A stretch of DNA of 55,016 bases, filler included, from Squatina squatina (Eukaryota): assembly GCA_031763465.1 (NCBI GenBank). It is 3 parts of 3 records of this genome, joined end to end, with 100 filler letters (N's around TTAATTAATTAA, not from the genome) between each part and the next. Parts side by side here need not be neighbours in the genome. Positions count along the whole stretch, not along the records: positions 42,799 to 55,016 come from JARFOE011111216.1; 2 more parts are not named here. The stretch is one strand, 5' to 3'. The notes beneath the pieces are model-generated. The model had not been told where the DNA came from. It did no database searches and saw only the letters and a list, made by a program, of their open reading frames with translations. A program made the position numbers and the translations under genes. Every line of letters begins with the position of its first letter. Positions within the stretch are counted from its first letter, which is position 1. This document shows positions 47,864-55,016 of this stretch, one piece after another.

Positions 47864-49679
47864 GTAAGTGCAGTGCTGATTGTCCTGACTGACTTTAACC
47901 AACAATATTTGAACTAATGGCCAGAATATGCCATTGAATTCAGCAGCAAGTTCAGTTTTCCACAGCTGCATGCAAATGCACAACATCTCGAAAATGTTCT
48001 CAGTTAAGGTCAGACACGACAGATTGAGAAATTCTAATTGCTGACACAGAGGTCGGCTGAATGTTCAGCAACCGACCGGTAAAATGAACATTTCATGGAT
48101 TATACAAACAGTACCGGGTATCTGCTAGCATGAGCGTAAGATTATGCCGCCTAGAAAATTGAATTCGTTTTTAAAGATATTTGTGGCCGGAAAAGGAAGC
48201 ATTTTAGGATTTTTTAACCTGAAGGTGCTCAAACGTCTTAGTCCTGAATTCGCTCTCCCGGCATGTGCTTGGGAGGAGTACATTCTACCAAATGGGGCCT
48301 GCAAGTTTGTAGTTCAGGCATTCGAGGTGCATTCACCTAAATGTGGAACATGTGATCTATCAAGAATTCTCTTGACAGAACTCTAGCATCCGGAACTGAA
48401 GCGTCTCCGTAAGCAGAGAAATGGGCTATTTGCATTGGAGGCCGTTGAGAGAAGTTTCAATGCATTAGCGGCATTTCAGTCAGTTCACTAGGTGGTTTCA
48501 CTAGGTTGGTTCTGGGTCTGGAAGGTTTATCTTATGAGGAAACGTTGAGGAGGTTGGGCCCATACTCATTGGAAAGAAGAAGCATGAGGGATGATCGTAT
48601 TGAAACATATAAGATTTTCAGGGGGCTTGAGAGGTAAATGCTGAGAGCACGTTTCCCCTTGTGGGGGAACTAGAACTAGGGGATATAGTCTCAGACTAAG
48701 TGGTCACAAATTAAAGATGGAGGAGGATATCCCCACTGTTATGGTTATTCGGAATCACAATAATAGAAAATGGAATAGGCCTCCCTACCTTGATTTGTTG
48801 AGCTGGCCCACATGATCCCAGGAATGTCCATAGTATATGTGGATCACTCGTCGCCGGTACCCGGAGAGGCCCAGGACTACAATCCTCTGAAACACCTGGG
48901 ACACAATGTATTGCTCAGGTCAAGGGCATCCGCCAGAGGATGCCTCTAATTTCATGGCCAAATTAATTACAATTCCCATGGCTGATCTTCTACCTCAAAT
49001 TTTCCTCTACTACCCCCATATCATTAGCTGTCTCTAATATCTAGAAATCTATCGATCACTTTCCTGAATATACTCACCTAACCTGTTGAGTCCTGCATGA
49101 AATTGATTTGTTTCAATGAGATCACCTCTCAGCCTTCTAAGCTCTAGAGAATAGAAATCTAGGCGACTCAATCTCTCCTCATAAAACAATCCCACCGTCC
49201 CAGAAACAGCCTGCTGAACCTTCATTGCCCTCCCACTAATCAATTATATCCTTCCTTCGGTCACGAAAATGGTGCAGGCAGATTGATGAGAGATGTGATA
49301 ACACTGTTGTGGTACAGCGAAGCAATGCATTGCTCCCAGACTCAGGGGAAGACATTGATTATTGCCCCTTTTGGGGCGGCCACTTCTGAGAGGTGGGAAT
49401 CTTAGTGCCAATCTATTACACCTCAAGAAAAGCTGGGCAATAAGGGAAGTTTAACTTTGGACCCTTTAAAACATTTAAACTTATATTTTAAAAAGGTCCC
49501 TTTCCCTATTACGATTAAATTAAATGATATTTTAATTAACTTAACATGTCTTGTTTTATTCATTAATCATTAGGTGTATTTTGGGTATAGTCCCTACATG
49601 CTTATGCTGAATCCCCAGATATGGATAAATTACTTAGCTATTACCATCTCCGTTTTGTCTTGCTCCATCTCTTAATGTC

Positions 49680-50450
49680 AGAGTATTATTTAAACGGAGA
49701 AAAACTGCAGAAAGCTGCCTCACAAAGAGATTTGTGGGTCCTTGTACATGAAACACAGAAAGCTAACGCACAATTCCAGCAGGTAAAAAGGAAGGATAAT
49801 GGACTGTTGCCCTTTATTTCAAGGGGGTTGGAGTGTAGAGGTAAGGAAGTCTTTCTGCAACTAGACAAGGCACCAGTGAGAACACATCTGGAGTATTGTT
49901 AGCAGTGTTGGTCCCCGTATTTAAGAAAGGATATAAATTCATTGGCGGTGGTTCAGAGAAAGTTCACTAGGATGATTCCGGGTATGGAGGGATTGTCCTA
50001 TGAGGAAAGATTGAAGAGTTTGGGACTCTACTCATTGGAATTTAGAAGAATGAGAGGAGATCTTACTGAAACATGTAAGATTCTTAATGGGCTGGACAGG
50101 GCAAATGGTGAGAGGATGCTTCCTTTCATGGGTGAGTCTCGGACCAGAGGACACAGTCTCAGAATAAAGGGGCGCCCATTTATGACAGAGGCAAGGAGGA
50201 AGTTCTTCTCCCAGAGGGTTGTGAGTCTTTGGACCTCCTTGCCAAAAGTGCGGTGGAGGCTGTGACATTGTCCATATTTAAGTCCGAGATAGATAGATTT
50301 CTAATGAGTAAGTGAATCAAGGGTTATGGGGAGAATGCGAGCAGGCGGACTTGAGAAATGTCGGATCAGCCATGATCCAATTGAATGGCGGAGCGGGATC
50401 GACGGCCCGAATGGTCTAATCCTGCTCGTACTTCTTCTGGTCTTATGGTC
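49680..50450 (+). mobile_element. CR1 LINE 3' fragment
   Basis: YYLNGEKL...RTHLEYC; VQRKFTRMIPGMEGLSYEERLKSLGLYSLEFRRMRGDL...FFSQRVVSLWTSLP. Confidence 0.9.
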
Positions 50451-50636
50451 TATGTCTCTTAATGTCTATTAATCTCTCCAGCCTCCCGCTCTATCACAGA
50501 CCTTCCCTTTTGTTGTTTCCTCTGCCTCCCCCAAACGCCTGATTTACTCCTGAGCAGCAAGCTGGAATTCAAACCCATTTTCTCCCGCGGGGAAAAGAGG
50601 CAGAGACTGACACAACATAAATATTCTTTTTTTCAG

Positions 50637-50674
50637 ATGACACGGGAAAACTCCCTACACATCCTGATGCAGAT
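50637..50674 (+). CDS. Cytoplasmic exon 3 of the Ig receptor, 38 nt
   Basis: ttttttcag|AT GAC...GAT|gtacgg; DDTGKLPTHPDAD; phase 1 to 0. Confidence 0.6.
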
Positions 50675-50789
50675 GTACGGATACATGTTTTTTTTTTGTT
50701 GAAATTCTGGTATTCTGAAATTAAGTATCTTGCTCTGTAAACAGCTCATATTGAGACAGTGAGGAAGCACAAGTACAGTGACCAAGGGA

Positions 50790-51435
50790 GAGAGAGGGAG
50801 AGAGTTAATCCGGACTAAAGGACAAAGAAAGAGACAGAGAGACAGAAACACAGATTGAAAAAGACTGAGAGCCGGAGAGTGCAATAGAGAGAATGCTAGA
50901 CAGTGAAAGTGGGTAGTGAAGAGGTTGGGAGAGTGTAGCGAGACAAATGAAAATAGAGAGAGATACAGAGGGAGAGAGGCAGTGCGATACAGAGAGATGT
51001 AGACAAAATAGGGACTGAGAGAGAGAGAAACAAAGAGAGATAGAGAGAGAGAGACAGACAGCGAGAGAGAGACAGAGAGACAGAGAGACAGAGAGACAGA
51101 GAGAGACAAGAAGATATACACACATTGAGAGACTCAGAGAGAGAGAGGCAGAGAGAAAGAGATGGAGAGAAAGAGATACAGAGAAACAGACAGACAGAGA
51201 CANNNNNNNNNNNNNNNNNNNNNNNNNNNNNNNNNNNNNNNNNNNNNNNNNNNNNNNNNNNNNNNNNNNNNNNNNNNNNNNNNNNNNNNNNNNNNNNNNN
51301 NNNNNNNNNNNNNNNNNNNNNNNNNNNNNNNNNNNNNNNNNNNNNNNNNNNNNNNNNNNNNNNNNNNNNNNNNNNNNNNNNNNNNNNNNNNNNNNNNNAA
51401 ATGAGAGGGAAAGGGCGACAGAGAGAGAAAGAGAG
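50790..51435. repeat. Degenerate (GA)n/(GACA)n purine-rich microsatellite with an internal gap
   Basis: gagagagaga gagacagaca... runs; in the last intron of the Ig receptor. Confidence 0.9.
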
Positions 51436-51550
51436 GGGGATTCAGAGAATCAGATTGATAGAAAGAGATCAGCATGAGTCCGGTAGAATTAAAAGAAAAT
51501 GTACATGTATATACTTTATGTTTGCCCTCTCGCCACATTGTTCACCACAG

Positions 51551-51685
51551 GGGAAATTTTCCGAAGTACCAGAGAGCGACCCTCAGGAGATCATCCATGC
51601 TACTTTGAATATGGAAGCTATCAGTCAGAAGGAAGCTGCCTCGGTCACTGAGACCAACCTGTACGCCAAAGCGGAAAATAAATAA
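51551..51685 (+). CDS. Terminal cytoplasmic exon with degenerate ITIM and ITIM/ITSM-like motifs
   Basis: ccacag|GGG, phase 0; GKFSEVPESDPQEIIHATLNMEAISQKEAASVTETNLYAKAENK-stop; DPQEIIHATL parallels KIR/LILR DPQEVTYAQL. Confidence 0.75.
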   Translation, partial: GKFSEVPESDPQEIIHATLNMEAISQKEAASVTETNLYAKAENK

Positions 51686-53182
51686 TGGCCCAAATGTTCC
51701 ATGCCCTATGACAGCTTATGCACCATAATTGCCTCAAGCGTGACAATACGGAACATACGAACTGCCGAGAATCTTTATGAACGATCCTGCGCATCCTCGG
51801 GTAAAATGGTCATCCACTTGCCGAGATTGAGGCTGTTTGTCCAACTCTTGCCCAGTGAAACCCCAGGACAATCTTAAACCTGGTAAAACCATAAACGCAA
51901 TGCCTGCATTTACCAGCAAAATGGTACAAGTAAATATCATCTATTTTCTTCAATCATTTTAACATTCAAATACCTATCAATTAGGTTTCAGTTATTTAGT
52001 CCCCATTGACATATGTCTTAATTTATTTTTCGAAACATTACATTTGAGTTTAAGTGTTGAATTGTATTTTAAAACTGTCTATTTAAATTGTATTTTAATT
52101 TAATTTAAACATGCCATTTTTATTCCAAGTTAGTGCACATGCATTTTTGGAGCGTTTCCGATTCAGCTCAGGGGGATTCTGTTCGAGAATGGAATCCCAC
52201 ATCAACGTACAAGATTCCGCTTTCTGGTTGGTTGTGCTGGCTCACATGATCCGCACACACTCCTGAGATATGTGGGCCTCGACACAGGCGCAAACATTGA
52301 GGCCCAGGAGGGCTGGTATCCATGGGCCAAGGTCCATCATGTAGTTGGGTAGATTATTGCAGTTCAGAGATAACTGTCTCCGAAAAACAAATTCAGGCAC
52401 CTTGGATGGAATTCTTAACCAATGCTCCAGTGATTTAATTTATTTCTATTGATGTAAAAACCCTTATGCTGTTAAAAGCAGGCCTGTGCACTTGCGTTTT
52501 CCAAGGCATAAGTAATTAAAACACATTCCCTGCGCATACCTTGGGCAAATAGGCCTCCACTCAGGGAAGCTCTTATCCAGGGGAGGCAGTGGTTCAGTCA
52601 AGACAAATCTTTACAGATTGGAAGGTCTGGATTCAGGGGCAGGCACATTGCAGCCCCGAAACCACGAAACTTGTGGGGGCTCTCTGGCTTTTTGGGCACT
52701 CTGAGAGTGTGGACTATCTGCCGGATTACTTTGGAGAATAGCAGGATCAGAATGCTGGCAGCACACTTTGTACATCCCAGCACAACGAGCCGGAGTTTTC
52801 CTGTCCATTTATCACAGAATGGAAAATGGTGCAGGTTCGGTGACAGGACTGTGAATCTTCCCACCAAATTTATATGCTTCGCCGAGAAGATGCGTAAAGA
52901 CCATTTGTCAAAGACGCAAATCTTCAACCATGTAGCCTTTTTTAGCTACATAACTTATAATCTGTTTTATTAAGTGAATGTCGCATATTTGCAGTTCCAT
53001 GTAGCAACATGTGTTATCCCAATTGTTTTCCATCATTTATTCTGCCAGTGTCATTTATCATATATGACATTTAGTGTGAGGAAAATTTGTTTAAAAAATA
53101 TCTTTAAGGCAAAGTTTGAATGTCAATTTGGATGCAGCTGTAAAAATAAACAATATTTACGCTAGGAAATAGGTGTTCCTTA

Positions 53183-55016
53183 CATAAAAGAACATAAGAA
53201 GTAGGAGCAGGAGTCGGCCATTCGGCCCCTCGAGCTTGCTCCGCCATTTAATGTGATCATGGCTGATCTGTTTCTGGCCTCAACTCCACTTTCCTGCCTG
53301 TTCCCCATAACCTTTTCTCCCCTGCTGCTCAAATGTCTCTCTATCTCAGACTTGAATTTACTTAATGACTCAGCCACTACAGCTATCTGAGGTAAAGAAT
53401 TCCAAAGATTCACCACCCTCTGAGAGAAGAAATCCCTGCAAATCTCCGACTTAAATGGGCGGCCCCTTATTCAGAAACTATGTCCACCTGTTCTAGTTTC
53501 CCGATCGAGAGATTACATCCTCTCAGCGTCTACAGTGTCCAGCCCTCACAGAGTCTTATATTTTTCCCTAAAATCACCTCTCATTCTTCTAATCTCCGAT
53601 CAATATAGGCTCAACCTGCTCAGCCTCTCCTCATCAGGTCCACACTTTTATACCATGAATTAACCAAGTGAACCATTTATGATCTGATTCCAAATCAATA
53701 TTATCCATACTTAAATAAGAGGGCCAAAACCGTACTCAGTACTCTAGGAGAGATCTCACCAGTGGCCTACTGTTAAAGCAAGAGTTCCCCAATTCTATAC
53801 TCTATGCCTTGAAACAAGCTCCAAAGAATAGGAATAAAAGGGTCATTATCCATTTGGCAGGCTGTTATCAGTGGGGTACCGCAAGGATTAGATATTGGCT
53901 ACAGCTGTTCACAAACTGCATCATTATTTGAAAGAGGGGACAACATGTAACAATTCCAAGTATGCTGCTGATAACATGCTAGGTGGGAATGTAAGTTGTG
54001 AGAAGAATCGAAAGCGGCTTCAAAGGGATGTAAACAGGCCAAGTAAGTGGGCCAGAGCATGGCAGATGGAAAATAATGTGGAAAATTTGAAGCTATCCAC
54101 TTTGCTAGGAAAAAATCGGAATGCAGGTTATTTTTAAATTTTGAGAGATTGGGTAACGTTGATGGTCAAGCGACCTGGTCTTAGTATACGAGTCACTGAA
54201 AGTTGACATGAAGGTACAGCAAGCAATGAAGAAAGCAAATGGTGTGTTGGCCATTATTACAAGAGGATGTGAATAGAAGAGTAAAGATGTTTTACTCCAA
54301 TTACATGGGACTTGGTGAGATCGCACCTGGAGTATTGTGTACAGTTTTAGTCTCCTCACCTAAACAAGGATATGCTTGCCATGAGATAGTAGTAACAAAT
54401 GTTCACCAGACTGATAACTGTTTTGTCGGGATTTTCCTATGGGAAGAAATTGAGTGGACGAAACCTGTATTATCTAAAATATATGGGAATTAGAGGTGGT
54501 CTCATTGAACCAAACACATTTCTTACAAGACTTCTGTGCTGGGTAGATGCAGCGATGATGTGTCGCCTGTCTGGGGGTTTCTGGAACCAGGGGACACAGT
54601 CTCAGATTAAGTGGGAGGCTGTGTAAAAATGTTTTCCTCATGTCCCCTTTGGATCTTCTGCCAAGCACCTTAAAACTCTGTCCTCTAATTCTAAGCCGTT
54701 CTGCCAATGGGAACAATTTCTCTCAAATTACTGTGTCAAACTGCTCTTGATTTTGAACATCTCTATAACATCTCCTATCAATCTTCCGTGCTCCAAGGAG
54801 AACAACCCTGGCGCATCCAGTAGATTCACAGAACTGAAGTCCCTCTTCCATAGAACCTTTCTGGTTAATCTGCCCTTAACCTACTCTGTTCTAAGGAGAA
54901 CAACACTGGCTTGTCCAGTCTATTCAGGTAACTGAAGCCCCTCATCCCTGGAACCAATCTCGTCAATCTTTCCTGCACCCTCTCTAAGACATTGGCATGC
55001 GTCCCAAAGTGCAGTG
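53183..55016. mobile_element. Cluster of CR1 fragments (53183-53810 -, 53830-54625 +, 54625-55016 -)
   Basis: VNLWNSLPQ...FKSEIERHL; SGVPQG...KYAADN; MFPLAERLRIRGQSFKV. Confidence 0.85.

Noticed and set aside
50633-51404. Ser/Leu-rich or Arg/Glu-rich ORFs
   Set aside because: Translations of a GA microsatellite

Overview
Eukaryotic, not prokaryotic: the repeat families and gene exons indicate cartilaginous-fish (shark-like) genomic DNA from a very fragmented assembly. Two synthetic N44-TTAATTAATTAA-N44 linkers (27988-28087, 42699-42798) join three scaffolds. The first two consist of roughly 1-3.5 kb contigs joined by 100-N gaps that hide real sequence. Scaffold 1 (1-27987) holds GABARAP exon 2, a BCL6-family (probably BCL6B) zinc-finger exon, a 2.2-kb minisatellite amplified from 33 bp of CR1 LINE, and many LINE/SINE fragments. 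Scaffold 2 (28088-42698) holds five GBA2 exons on the minus strand, head-to-head with an RGP1 exon. Scaffold 3 (42799-55016) holds a multi-exon immunoglobulin-superfamily receptor gene that the ORF track does not reveal as a gene. Its exons are Ig-C2, stalk, TM, three short cytoplasmic exons and a terminal exon with a KIR/LILR-like 'DPQEIIHATL' motif. It looks like a leukocyte-receptor-complex-type inhibitory receptor undergoing pseudogenisation (frameshift, ITIM Tyr>His), and a trace of a second family member lies in scaffold 1. No CRISPR, rRNA or tRNA genes were found. All homology calls are from recalled sequence knowledge; no searches were run.
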